Origin: Clostridia bacterium
Lineage (GTDB): Bacteria; Bacillota; Clostridia; Lachnospirales; JAKSVV01
Length of the DNA stretch: 47,728 nt
Reading direction: 5' to 3'
Assembly: GCA_024407775.1 (NCBI GenBank)
Contig: JAKSVV010000002.1
Coordinates: 1 to 47,728 of the forward strand
The notes under the pieces were generated by a model that saw nothing but the letters and a program-made list of their open reading frames with translations, made no database searches and was not told the DNA's origin. Shown in pieces: positions 16,425 to 25,818 of this stretch. The stretch's first letter is position 1. Each line of letters opens with the position of its first letter. The position numbers and the translations under genes were made by a program.

Positions 16425-18086
16425 CTATTCAGCAGAGATTATGTAGTAATATAATGGTTGTCCACCATTTTCAACTTCACAATCCATCTTTGGATATTTT
16501 TCTTTAACATATGCTTCAAGAATTCCTGCTTCTTCTTCCTTAGTATCTTCACCTGTATAAATACTAATTATATCTGGTTTTTTACTAGCAAGTTCATCAA
16601 CAATTTCTCTAGCAACTTGTGATACTTTTTTACCTACAACTTTAATTTCTCCATCTAAGATACCAATGATATCTCCTTTTGCGATGTCTTTTCCGTTTGA
16701 TTTTGTATCACGTACAGCATATGTAATTTCAGCTGTTCTAACATTTGCTATTGCATCATTCATATCATTTGTAACATCTTCTATTGATGCTCCTTCTTGA
16801 TACATAACCATAGCACTAATACATTCTGTTACTGCTTTAGATTTTATAACAACTATATTTTTATCTTCACATAATTCTTTTGCTTGTTCAGCAGCCATAA
16901 TAATATTTTTATTATTTGGGAATATTACTATATTATCTGCATTTACTTTTTCAATGGCATTCATGAAATCATCTGTTGATGGGTTCATTGTTTGTCCACC
17001 ACTAATTACATAATCGATTTTTAAGCTGTTTAAGATTTCTGTAAATCCATCACCCATACTTACTGAAATAAATCCAATGTCTTTCTTTGGCATTTTCTTT
17101 TCTTCTTTCGCTTCAGCTTTTGCTGGTGCTTGATTATTATCTACTAAAACATTTTCATGTTGTATTTTCATGTTTTCAACTTTTACTTTTACAAATGATC
17201 CAATTTCTAATGCTTTATCTAAAACTTTAGTTGGTTCATTTGTATGTATATGTACTTTTACTATATCATCATCTTCAACAAATACTAAACTATCACCAAT
17301 TCCACTTGTTAAATAATCATGTAATGTTTGTAATTTTGCTGGTGAATATTTTTCTTTATCTATCAAAAATTCTGTACAATATTTAAATACAATATCTTCT
17401 GTATTAAATGCTGCAAAGTTAGCAACTTGTCCGCCTTCACTTTCAGCTTCTTCTTTTTCTAGTTCTTCTTCTTTTTCATTTACAAGTCCGTTATATAAAC
17501 CTTCGAATATTTTAACAAGACCTGTTCCACCTGAGTCTACTACTCCAGCTTCTTTTAATGCAGGTAGCATATCTGGTGTTTGTTCAAGAACTTCCATACC
17601 ATGGTCTAGGACTTTCTTTAACATTTCATCCATTTCCATGTTTGTTCCTTTAAGTTCTAATGCTTTTTCTTGCATTACTCTTATAATTGTTAAAATTGTA
17701 CCTTCTTTTGGTTTCATAACTGCTTTATAAGCATAATCTTTTGCTGAAGCAATTGCATCACAAAAATCATCAGTTGTTACTTCTTCTTTTTCTTTAAGAG
17801 ACATATAAATACCTCTTAAGATTTGGCTAGTTATAACACCACTGTTTCCTCTTGCTCCTCTTAATGCTCCACTTGATGCAACCTTTGCTACATCACTTGC
17901 ATTATCACTATCACAAGCTTTAAGTGCTTTTGCAACAGATACAAGTGTCATTGACATGTTTGATCCAGTATCTCCATCAGGAACTGGGAATACATTAAGG
18001 TCATCAATTAGTTGTCTATTTCTTTGAACGTTATTACTTGCAGCAATAAACATTCTTCTTAGTTCTTTACCTCTAATAGTTTTCAT
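16425..18086 (-). CDS. DAK2 domain fusion protein (YloV family)
   Basis: 553 aa. N-terminal Dak2-type region LNVFPVPDGDTGSNMSMT and GARGNSGVI. C-terminal DegV-like/DUF domain. Lies downstream of asp23, as in Bacillus yloU-yloV. Confidence 0.9.
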   Translation of the reverse strand: MKTIRGKELRRMFIAASNNVQRNRQLIDDLNVFPVPDGDTGSNMSMTLVSVAKALKACDSDNASDVAKVASSGALRGARGNSGVITSQILRGIYMSLKEKEEVTTDDFCDAIASAKDYAYKAVMKPKEGTILTIIRVMQEKALELKGTNMEMDEMLKKVLDHGMEVLEQTPDMLPALKEAGVVDSGGTGLVKIFEGLYNGLVNEKEEELEKEEAESEGGQVANFAAFNTEDIVFKYCTEFLIDKEKYSPAKLQTLHDYLTSGIGDSLVFVEDDDIVKVHIHTNEPTKVLDKALEIGSFVKVKVENMKIQHENVLVDNNQAPAKAEAKEEKKMPKKDIGFISVSMGDGFTEILNSLKIDYVISGGQTMNPSTDDFMNAIEKVNADNIVIFPNNKNIIMAAEQAKELCEDKNIVVIKSKAVTECISAMVMYQEGASIEDVTNDMNDAIANVRTAEITYAVRDTKSNGKDIAKGDIIGILDGEIKVVGKKVSQVAREIVDELASKKPDIISIYTGEDTKEEEAGILEAYVKEKYPKMDCEVENGGQPLYYYIISAE

Positions 18087-18101
18087 TGTAGTAATTTCCC
18101 C

Positions 18102-18452
18102 CTAAACTCTTATACCTTCAACCATAATCTTAACACTATCTACTTCTATTCCAGATAGTTGTTCTACTTTATATTTAACAGTATTCATAATACTTTCACC
18201 TGTTGCTTTGATGTTTGTACCATAAGTAACAATGATGTGAAGTACTAATTTTAATTTATTGTTTTCAATTTCTACTTCAACTCCTCTTGTTAATGATTCT
18301 ATTCCTAGTAATTTAACAAGACCTTCTTTCATATTTTTTGATGCCATTCCGATAACGCCATAACATTCCATTGCAGTAAGACCTGCGATCTTTGCTATAG
18401 CATCTTTACTTATCATAACTTTTCCAATTTCATTTTCTAATTCAGCTATCAT
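18102..18452 (-). CDS. Asp23/Gls24 family alkaline shock protein (YloU-like)
   Basis: GKVMISKDAIAKIAGLTAMECYGVIGM ... VEVEIENNKLKLVLHIIVTYGTNI is typical of Asp23. Start chosen at the second ATG (18452) after AGGAAA; 18470 is also possible. Confidence 0.88.
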   Translation of the reverse strand: MIAELENEIGKVMISKDAIAKIAGLTAMECYGVIGMASKNMKEGLVKLLGIESLTRGVEVEIENNKLKLVLHIIVTYGTNIKATGESIMNTVKYKVEQLSGIEVDSVKIMVEGIRV

Positions 18453-18737
18453 AAATATATTTCCTTTCATTATAAATTTTGTTTTATAACTTTTTAATAT
18501 GTATTAATTTATTAAAAATACATAAAACAAATTATAGCATTAAAATTTAAAAATGCAAATAAATTGCACTCTTTTGCTATCTTGTATATTGTATAGTATT
18601 TAATTAGATTATGCAAGGAAAATCACTGATTTTTTACTGGTAATATAAGGAAATAAAATAGGCTATTTTTCTATAAAAAAGGTTACTTTTTGATATTTTA
18701 TGCTTTTTCAAAAAATATAAGTTTTTTTAATTTCCTC

Positions 18738-18766
18738 TTTACAAGTCCTATCTTCTATGTTATACT
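18738..18766 (+). promoter_or_regulatory. sigma-A type promoter for rpmB
   Basis: TTTACA, 17 nt, TATACT, about 35 nt upstream of the AAGGAGG RBS. Confidence 0.6.
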
Positions 18767-18802
18767 CTATGTTAGTTCGCACGGAGAAAAGGAGGAATTA
18801 TC

Positions 18803-18997
18803 ATGGCTAAATGTGCATTATGCGATAAAAGCGTTAAATTTGGTATTAAAGTATCTCACTCTCACAGAAGAGCAAACAGAACTTGGAAACCAAACGTAAA
18901 AACAGTTAAAATGGACATCAATGGTACATCAAGAAGAGTTCCAATATGTACAAGCTGTTTAAAATCATTAAACAAAGAAATGAAAAAAGAAGACTAA
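18803..18997 (+). CDS. rpmB: 50S ribosomal protein L28
   Basis: MAKCALCDKSVKFGIKVSHSHRRANRTWKPNV... is the L28 signature. 64 aa. Confidence 0.95.
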   Translation: MAKCALCDKSVKFGIKVSHSHRRANRTWKPNVKTVKMDINGTSRRVPICTSCLKSLNKEMKKED

Positions 18998-19004
18998 GAT
19001 ACAT

Positions 19005-19029
19005 GACTAAGGTAACTTAGTCTTTTTTT
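19005..19029 (+). terminator. rho-independent terminator of rpmB
   Basis: Stem GACTAAG / CTTAGTC with a GTAA loop, followed by TTTTTTT. Confidence 0.85.
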
Positions 19030-19043
19030 ATACAAAAAATCAC

Positions 19044-19069
19044 TAAAAAAGAAGCTCTTATAGAGCTTC
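19044..19069 (-). terminator. terminator overlapping the stop of the 285-aa orphan gene
   Basis: Stem GAAGCTCT / AGAGCTTC with a T-run on the minus strand. The stop codon at 19058-19060 sits in the loop. Confidence 0.65.
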
Positions 19070-19915
19070 TACTATTTGCATTATATTAAATATTTCATTC
19101 ATACATCTATCTACTACTTGGTCCTTTAGTTCCTCGCTTGGTGATGCATCAAAACCTTCTTGCTTGTTATAGCATTCAGTTTGACCGTTTTCACCGCCAC
19201 TTCTTACAAATCTAACCATACCACAACCATCTTGTGATTCATAGTCTAGATATAATTCTATCATAGTTCCATCAGATAGAATGCTTGCTACTCTTCTATG
19301 GTAGTAACCTTTGTTTTCAAGTTGTACCTTAATAATTTGAGCTGTACTTGTATCGTTTTCATAGATCTTATCAAGGATCTTATTGATAAATACATCGTTT
19401 GTAAGCCCGTTATAATGAACTCCATCAAGTCTCATATAATGATTGTGGAATGAAAATTCGATGTTTACAAATCTAAAGTTTTCTAAAACATTACTCTTTA
19501 CGCAAGTTGTTTCCTTAATTTCATTATATGCCCAGTCTTTAAGTTCCTTAAATTCATCATCTGTAATGATTCCATAAGTTTGAGCTATTTCTATATCTTC
19601 TTCAATATCCTTGAATATTTCTATTGTTGATGATTCATAATATTTGTATTCTGGAGTTAAAACAAGTTCATTTAATGTATCTTCAATGTTCTTTGTAATG
19701 TCACTTCTCTTGTCTTCACTTATTGGTTCTAGAGAATTATATAGTTTATAATATAGTTCCATAAGTTTTATAGTTACATTGTTCCAAAGAATTGCATCGG
19801 CTAAAAACTCGCTCTTTACTAAAGGTAAATTAATATTAGCGTCGTCTTCAACTAGATCAAATAAGCTTTCAGTTTTATTAATATACTCCATGTTTCTTTC
19901 ATTTACGTTAGTCAT
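19058..19915 (-). CDS. hypothetical cytoplasmic protein (285 aa), orphan
   Basis: Clean ORF, GC-richer than neighbouring core genes. Acidic helical N-terminal half and a mixed C-terminal half (HNHYMRLDGVHYNGL..., GCGMVRFVRSGGENGQTECY). No family recognised. Confidence 0.6.
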   Translation of the reverse strand: MTNVNERNMEYINKTESLFDLVEDDANINLPLVKSEFLADAILWNNVTIKLMELYYKLYNSLEPISEDKRSDITKNIEDTLNELVLTPEYKYYESSTIEIFKDIEEDIEIAQTYGIITDDEFKELKDWAYNEIKETTCVKSNVLENFRFVNIEFSFHNHYMRLDGVHYNGLTNDVFINKILDKIYENDTSTAQIIKVQLENKGYYHRRVASILSDGTMIELYLDYESQDGCGMVRFVRSGGENGQTECYNKQEGFDASPSEELKDQVVDRCMNEIFNIMQIVEAL

Positions 19916-19985
19916 ATCATGCTCCTTTTTATTTACTACATTTAATCATACTATAATTTTTTTATTTATCAATAATTTTTTGCAT

Positions 19986-20016
19986 AGAAAAAGGACCTAG
20001 AATAAAATCTAGGTCC
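19986..20016 (-). terminator. rho-independent terminator after the 400-aa orphan gene
   Basis: Stem GGACCTAG / CTAGGTCC with an 8-nt loop. T-run on the minus strand. Confidence 0.8.
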
Positions 20017-20022
20017 CTAATA

Positions 20023-21225
20023 TTAATCATTTAGTAGTTCTACCCATTCACTAGTTATATCCGGATTCTCGGATACAGCCTTATCATTTGTTGAATAAAT
20101 CGAATATCTAACCTTAACGCTTTCAAGTTCATAAGCTTCATCAATGCTAATATTACCGAGATAACACTCACATGTGCCATCATAGCGAATATTGTTAATC
20201 TTATCAAAGCATACTCTATTTCCGTTTACAAATACTTCAATGTAAACATTAGAACCTGTCTTTGCATTAATAACATCAATAGCTTCATCCTTTGAAACAT
20301 TAAGATTTAATAATGCAGTCTTGCAATCTGAATCGGTATAATATCTAAGTCCATCAATCTTGCACTTTGGAGCTGCAAGAGATTCTGGAAGAGGATTTGA
20401 TTCAACATCACGGCCGCATTTAACAATGTTAGTCCAGCCAGAATAATAGACCTTACCTGATCTTGTATCTGTAATCATATATCTTGCCTTAGCACTAAAC
20501 TGATTATTTGCAACATCAAGATAAACATCACGATAATCTCCATCTTCTTCTATGATGTATGAATCCTTCAAATAGTTGTACTCATCATCAGTAAGACTAT
20601 ATGAATCAACAAACATATAAAATAGTTCAGACTGTAAGCCTCTTGCTGGATAAGAAGTTGATGTAAGTAATGAATCAAATCCATAACTAAATCTTTCTTC
20701 CTTATCATTAAGCTGATAACTAACTTCGGTTGTTACCTGATATAAAGAACCATACTCATCATGTGCTAGCATAAGTGAAATAACATCATTAGTATATGAA
20801 TGTCCATATAAAATTCTATAACACTTGCCATCATAATAGTCTGGTGTCAAATAAAAGTTCTTTGGTGCATATAAATTTTGAAGCAAAGCATCATAATTAT
20901 CAGCAGATATTACAACCTTCTGATTGCTAAAGTATGAATTGAGTTCATCAAGTTTATCAAGAATCTCATTGTTTCTTTCTAAAGCCGAATCTAATTTACT
21001 TTCTATCTCACTAATTGATGCATCAATTTCAGAATTTAATTCATCAATTCTTTTATCCTGCTCTTCTAAAATATTAGCTGATTCTGTTTGATATTTTTCT
21101 ATATCATCAAGTTTAGAATCAAAAATTCTAAAACAGCTAATCATAGCAGCAGTAAAAGCAATTAACATTGTAAGTAATATAAAAGTATCCTTATGCCTTA
21201 ATACAAAACTTATAATTTTTTTCAT
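20023..21225 (-). CDS. hypothetical N-terminally anchored protein with coiled-coil stalk (400 aa), orphan
   Basis: ATG at 21225; the track start at 21231 is TTG. TM anchor FILLTMLIAFTAAMISCF, then a coiled-coil-like segment (DIEKYQTESANILEEQDKRIDELNSEIDASISEIESKLDSALERNNEILDKLDEL), then a ~290-aa Cys-containing extracytoplasmic domain. No family recognised. Confidence 0.6.
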   Translation of the reverse strand: MKKIISFVLRHKDTFILLTMLIAFTAAMISCFRIFDSKLDDIEKYQTESANILEEQDKRIDELNSEIDASISEIESKLDSALERNNEILDKLDELNSYFSNQKVVISADNYDALLQNLYAPKNFYLTPDYYDGKCYRILYGHSYTNDVISLMLAHDEYGSLYQVTTEVSYQLNDKEERFSYGFDSLLTSTSYPARGLQSELFYMFVDSYSLTDDEYNYLKDSYIIEEDGDYRDVYLDVANNQFSAKARYMITDTRSGKVYYSGWTNIVKCGRDVESNPLPESLAAPKCKIDGLRYYTDSDCKTALLNLNVSKDEAIDVINAKTGSNVYIEVFVNGNRVCFDKINNIRYDGTCECYLGNISIDEAYELESVKVRYSIYSTNDKAVSENPDITSEWVELLND

Positions 21226-21323
21226 AATCAATTACCTCATAAAAAAAGGGTCAATACGTTACTAGTAGAACTGATTAATATTAATTTATAAATAGTATTT
21301 CTAATACCAAATGATTAAGCATG

Positions 21324-21352
21324 ATTATATCATCATCCTAGGAAATTGTAAA
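21324..21352 (-). promoter_or_regulatory. consensus-like sigma-A promoter for the 400-aa orphan gene
   Basis: Minus strand reads TTTACA, 17 nt, TATAAT. Confidence 0.6.
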
Positions 21353-21377
21353 TATATAAAAATAATTAAAAATACTG

Positions 21378-21516
21378 CTATTGACAATTCATTTTTTTAA
21401 AAGGGTATAAAAATTTATCATAAAAAGTTAACTTGACAAAAGTTTTTTTAAAACAGGGTATAAAAATTTTTGAAAAAAGTTTGCTTGACAAAATATTTTT
21501 TAAAATGTTTTTTAAA
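21378..21516 (+). repeat. about 2.6 copies of a 52-bp direct tandem repeat, each unit promoter-like
   Basis: Units start at TTGACAA at 21381, 21433 and 21485. Shared blocks are TTGACAA, TTTTTTTAAAA, GGGTATAAAAATTT and AAAAAGTT. The third copy is truncated by the hup terminator. Confidence 0.7.
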
Positions 21517-21518
21517 AA

Positions 21519-21546
21519 CAAAAAAAGAACGCCGAAGCGTTCTTTA
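21519..21546 (-). terminator. rho-independent terminator of hup (structurally bidirectional)
   Basis: Stem AAGAACGC / GCGTTCTT with a CGAA loop. A-run on one side and T-rich sequence on the other. Confidence 0.85.
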
Positions 21547-21564
21547 TTTATTTTACACTATAAC

Positions 21565-21852
21565 TTATTTCTTTTTTGTGTTTACAGCGTCTTTAAGAGC
21601 TTTACCAGCTTTGAATTTTGGTACTACTGAAGCTGGGATAGAAATTTTTGCTCTTGTTTTTGGGTTAACACCTGTTCTAGCTTTTCTAGAAGATGTTTCG
21701 AATGTTCCAAATCCAACTAATTGAATTTTTCCACCTCTTTTAGATAATTCTTTTGTTACGATTTCTTGGAATGCTGTTAAAGATTCTTCTGAAGCTCTTT
21801 TTGTCATTCCTGTTTTAGCAGCCATAGCTGCAACAAGTTCCATTTTGTTCAT
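21565..21852 (-). CDS. hup: DNA-binding protein HU
   Basis: 95 aa. MNKMELVAAMAAKTGMTKRASEESL...VGFGTFETSSRKARTGVNPKT...IPASVVPKFKAGKALKDAV is the HU/IHF signature. Confidence 0.95.
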   Translation of the reverse strand: MNKMELVAAMAAKTGMTKRASEESLTAFQEIVTKELSKRGGKIQLVGFGTFETSSRKARTGVNPKTRAKISIPASVVPKFKAGKALKDAVNTKKK

Positions 21853-21928
21853 GGTTTGTTCCTCCTCTAAATTTAATTATACTATAGAATAGTTAAATCA
21901 GAGCAATTAAATGCTTGATTTAAGTAAA

Positions 21929-21957
21929 GTTATACAGCACCAATTTTTTTTTGTCAA
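21929..21957 (-). promoter_or_regulatory. sigma-A type promoter for hup
   Basis: Minus strand reads TTGACA, 17 nt, TATAAC. Confidence 0.55.
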
Positions 21958-22075
21958 CAAAAATTTTTATTTTTTTAAAAAAAATGTCGAAAAATAGGGG
22001 TTTTTACATAATTTTTTCCATTTTTTGCTCTATTTATGGGGTTTTTAGGTCATATTTTTATGTAAACACCCATGT

Positions 22076-25000
22076 TTAAAAGTTTAATTTCCCCCTACCT
22101 TTTGTCTTTTTTATAGTAGAAATTTTATTTTCTTCTATATTATTAGTATTATTTTTTTCTTCTACTAGTATTTTTTCTTCTTTAATTTTTTTAGATTGTT
22201 TTTCTTCTTTTTTATTTTCTTTTTTATCATCATCTTCTACTACTAAAGATAAAAGATCTATTAAATTTAATAGTAATAAACGTGCTTTATTATTTTCAAA
22301 TTTATCTTTTTCATAAATTAATTTTGTATCAGCACCAAATGATAAACGAACTTTATCTTCTTTATCTTTTACTACTTCCATAAGTTTATTAATATAATCT
22401 TGTTTAATTTCATCTTGATTGTAGAATGTCATTGTAACAAATTTATCATTTTCTATTATGCTTTTTACATTAATAAATTTTGCTTTTGATTTAAGTAATG
22501 CAATATATAATAAATTTGCACTTTCACTTGGTACTTCTCCAAATCTATCTGTAAGTTCATCAACCATTTCTTCTAATTCATTCATTGTTTCAATAGAAGC
22601 TATACGTTTATAAATATCTACTTTAGTCATTTGATCATTAATATAATTTTCATCTATGTATGCATTAACTTTAAGTTCAATTTTCATTTCATAACGTTTA
22701 GGTATTTCTAATCCTTTTGCTCTTGCAATTTCATCTTCAAGTAATTTGCAATACATATCATATCCAATTTGTGCTAGATGTCCATGTTGTTCTGAACCAA
22801 GTAAGTTACCTGCTCCTCTAATTTCTAGATCTCTCATTGCAACTTTTAAACCAGAACCAAGTTCAGTAAATTCTTTTAATGCTTCAAGTCTTTTATCTGC
22901 TACTTCAGTTAAAGATTTACCTTCATTATACATAAAGTAACAATATGCACTTCTTGATTGACGACCCACTCTTCCTTTTAATTGATATAATTGACTAAGA
23001 CCCATCTTATCTGAATCTTCAATAATCATTGTATTAACATTAGGAATATCTATTCCTGTTTCAATGATAGTTGTTGAAACTAATACATCAATATTTCCAT
23101 TAACAAATTCCCTCATTACTTCTTCCATTTCACTTTTTCTCATAGCACCATGTGCATATTCAAAGTGAACATCTGGCATTAATGTTCTTAATTCGTTTGT
23201 TAATTTTTGAATACCTTTTACTTTATTAAATAAATAGAATACTTGTCCACCTCTACCAACTTCTTTATAAATTGCATTCTTAATTAGTGATGCATTCTTT
23301 TCTATAACATAAGTTTGAACTGGTTTTCTTTCTTTAGGTGGTTCATTTAAAATACTAATGTCTCTTATTCCAGAAAGACTCATATGTAATGTTCTAGGAA
23401 TAGGTGTTGCACTCATTGATAAAGTATCTACACCCTTTGTTCTTTCTTTCAGTAATTCTTTTTGTTCAACTCCAAATCTTTGTTCTTCATCTATTACTAC
23501 TAATCCTAAATTTTTAAATTCAATTTTTTCAGATAGTAATTTATGTGTTCCAATTAAAATATCAACAGTTCCTTTTCTTGCTCCTTCGAAAGATTCACGA
23601 ACTTGTTTATCAGTTCTAAATCTTGAAACATATTGAATATTAACAGGATAGTTTTTCATTCTTTCTGTAAATGTTTTATAATGTTGTTCAACTAAAATTG
23701 TAGTTGGTGCAAGAATAACAACTTGCATTCCATCTTGTACTGCTTTAAATGCAGCACGAATTGCAACTTCTGTTTTACCGAATCCAACGTCACCACAAAG
23801 TAATCTATCCATTACCTTGTCTGATTCCATATCTAACTTAACATCATCGATAGCTACAATTTGATCATTTGTTTCAATGAATGGGAATTCATCTTCAAAT
23901 TGTTTTTGCCATTCATTATCTTGCATAAATTCATGACCTTTAATACTTGATCTTTCTGCATAAAGTTTAACAAGTTTATCAGCTATTTCTCTAACACCTT
24001 CTCTTGCTTTAGCTTTTGCTCTTACCCATTCAGCACCATTAAGTTTATTAATCTTTGGTGGTTTTTCATCATTACCAATATATTTTTGTAATAAGTTTAA
24101 GTTTTCAATTGTTACATATAACTTTGCATTATCTGCATAAGTAATTTTCAAATAGTCTTTACATATATCACCTACAGTAATGTTTTCTATACCTTCATAA
24201 ATACCTATACCATAGTCATCATGAACAATATAATCTCCAACTTTTAATTCAGTAAATGAATCAATCGCTTTTCCTTTTTTCTTTCTCTTAATTTGTTTTT
24301 TAGATTTAATAATTTCATCAGCTGCAAACACAACCATATTTAAATTTTCAAAAACAAATCCATTTTCAAAAGTACCTGTTGATAAATATACTATATGTTC
24401 TTTTAAAGTTTGTTTATCATCATCAATATCTATTTCACTAACATTAATATTACTATTTAATAATTCTAATTTTAAATTATTAAGTTCACTTTTTGTGCTT
24501 GTTAATATTACAGGTATATAATCTTCTTTTAAAAATCTTTCAACTTCATCTTTGAATACATTAATATTTCTTAATGAATTATCTATGCTTTTCACATTAA
24601 AATAAAATTGTTCTTTACTTTCAATAAATCCTTCATCATCAAAAGCACTATAAGTCACAATGTTATAGTTTTTCATTTTAAATTTAATATCTTCAAAATC
24701 AAAACGAATATTTGTTTGAGTACTAACTATTTTTCCTTTGGATAATTCTTCTTTCATGTAATCATAGAATAAATCCTCTTCTATCATACATTTTTGATCT
24801 ATTCTTCTTAATTCATCACATATAATTAAATCATCTTTCGCAAAATAATCTAATATACTACAAAGTTCATTTTCTTTGAACATAAAATTAATATATTTTT
24901 CTGGTTCATAATAACATGATGCAAGTTCTAAATCATCATATAATTTGTCATATATATTACTTATATTTTCATGTTTCTTTCTTTCACTTACAATATATTC

Positions 25001-25744
25001 TTTTGCATCATTAATTTTATTTTTATCAAACAAAATATCTTTAACACTCATGATTGTAAATTCATCTATATCTTCACCTTGAAGTGCTCTTTGAGTTTCA
25101 CCATCAAAATATCTAATGCTTTCAACATCATCTCCCCAAAGTTCAACTCTTATTGGATTAGAATATCCAATAGGGAAAATATCTATTATACCACCACGAG
25201 TAGCATATTCACCTTGTCTTGAAACTTCAGCAACTTTTTCATAACCCATAAACATAAATATATCTGCTATTTCATCTAAATTTTCAAATGAAGATTTTTT
25301 ATTTATGTGCATAGAAAAATCAGTGAGTGTTTCTTCTTTAGATATTTTATCTAATAAACATTCACTACTCATTAAAACTACTATTCTATTATTTGTTTTT
25401 CTTGAAGAGACAATTTTATTTAATACTTCCATTCTAGATATCATAAGTTCACGTGATCTAGCATCACTTGAATAAAAGAAAATATCTTTTGCTGGGAACA
25501 TAAATACATTATCTTCACCAAGTAAATATTTAAGTTCATCATATTTCTTTTTAGCATCTAATTCATTAGATAAAATATAACAAACATTACCTTTAGTTTC
25601 TTCAAAAAGTGCTGAAGTAAAAAAGCTCTTACTACTTTGATTTAATCCATTAATTTTAAATAAATCATCATTAGATTTTTTTACACTTTCTAAAACTTTT
25701 TTAAATTGTTCATTTTTTGTTAACTGTTTAGTTAATAAATTCAT
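22076..25744 (-). CDS. mfd: transcription-repair coupling factor Mfd
   Basis: About 1220 aa. CarD/TRCF domain (LKVGDYIVHDDYGIGIYEGI), SF2 helicase motifs (LLCGDVGFGKTEVA, VIDEEQRFGV, MSATPIPRTL, QLKGRVGRQ) and a TRG/C-terminal domain. Start uncertain among ATGs at 25756, 25747 and 25744; 25744 has the best GAGG spacing. Confidence 0.93.
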   Translation of the reverse strand: MNLLTKQLTKNEQFKKVLESVKKSNDDLFKINGLNQSSKSFFTSALFEETKGNVCYILSNELDAKKKYDELKYLLGEDNVFMFPAKDIFFYSSDARSRELMISRMEVLNKIVSSRKTNNRIVVLMSSECLLDKISKEETLTDFSMHINKKSSFENLDEIADIFMFMGYEKVAEVSRQGEYATRGGIIDIFPIGYSNPIRVELWGDDVESIRYFDGETQRALQGEDIDEFTIMSVKDILFDKNKINDAKEYIVSERKKHENISNIYDKLYDDLELASCYYEPEKYINFMFKENELCSILDYFAKDDLIICDELRRIDQKCMIEEDLFYDYMKEELSKGKIVSTQTNIRFDFEDIKFKMKNYNIVTYSAFDDEGFIESKEQFYFNVKSIDNSLRNINVFKDEVERFLKEDYIPVILTSTKSELNNLKLELLNSNINVSEIDIDDDKQTLKEHIVYLSTGTFENGFVFENLNMVVFAADEIIKSKKQIKRKKKGKAIDSFTELKVGDYIVHDDYGIGIYEGIENITVGDICKDYLKITYADNAKLYVTIENLNLLQKYIGNDEKPPKINKLNGAEWVRAKAKAREGVREIADKLVKLYAERSSIKGHEFMQDNEWQKQFEDEFPFIETNDQIVAIDDVKLDMESDKVMDRLLCGDVGFGKTEVAIRAAFKAVQDGMQVVILAPTTILVEQHYKTFTERMKNYPVNIQYVSRFRTDKQVRESFEGARKGTVDILIGTHKLLSEKIEFKNLGLVVIDEEQRFGVEQKELLKERTKGVDTLSMSATPIPRTLHMSLSGIRDISILNEPPKERKPVQTYVIEKNASLIKNAIYKEVGRGGQVFYLFNKVKGIQKLTNELRTLMPDVHFEYAHGAMRKSEMEEVMREFVNGNIDVLVSTTIIETGIDIPNVNTMIIEDSDKMGLSQLYQLKGRVGRQSRSAYCYFMYNEGKSLTEVADKRLEALKEFTELGSGLKVAMRDLEIRGAGNLLGSEQHGHLAQIGYDMYCKLLEDEIARAKGLEIPKRYEMKIELKVNAYIDENYINDQMTKVDIYKRIASIETMNELEEMVDELTDRFGEVPSESANLLYIALLKSKAKFINVKSIIENDKFVTMTFYNQDEIKQDYINKLMEVVKDKEDKVRLSFGADTKLIYEKDKFENNKARLLLLNLIDLLSLVVEDDDKKENKKEEKQSKKIKEEKILVEEKNNTNNIEENKISTIKKTKGRGKLNF

Positions 25745-25818
25745 CATACACCTCATAAATTTATATTTGAACGACAAAAGGCACCCGATATTAAAATATA
25801 CCGGGTATCCCTAATATG

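Noticed and set aside
21433-21724. Plus-strand ORFs 21433..21630 and 21470..21724 downstream of the tandem repeat.
   Set aside because: They run through the hup terminator and antisense into hup. They have no RBS and begin inside AT-rich repeat DNA. The repeat is more likely regulatory or non-coding than a coding start.
22746-25222. Plus-strand ORFs inside mfd (22746..22940, 23358..23636, 24971..25222).
   Set aside because: They are antisense shadows of a gene with continuous, strong Mfd similarity.
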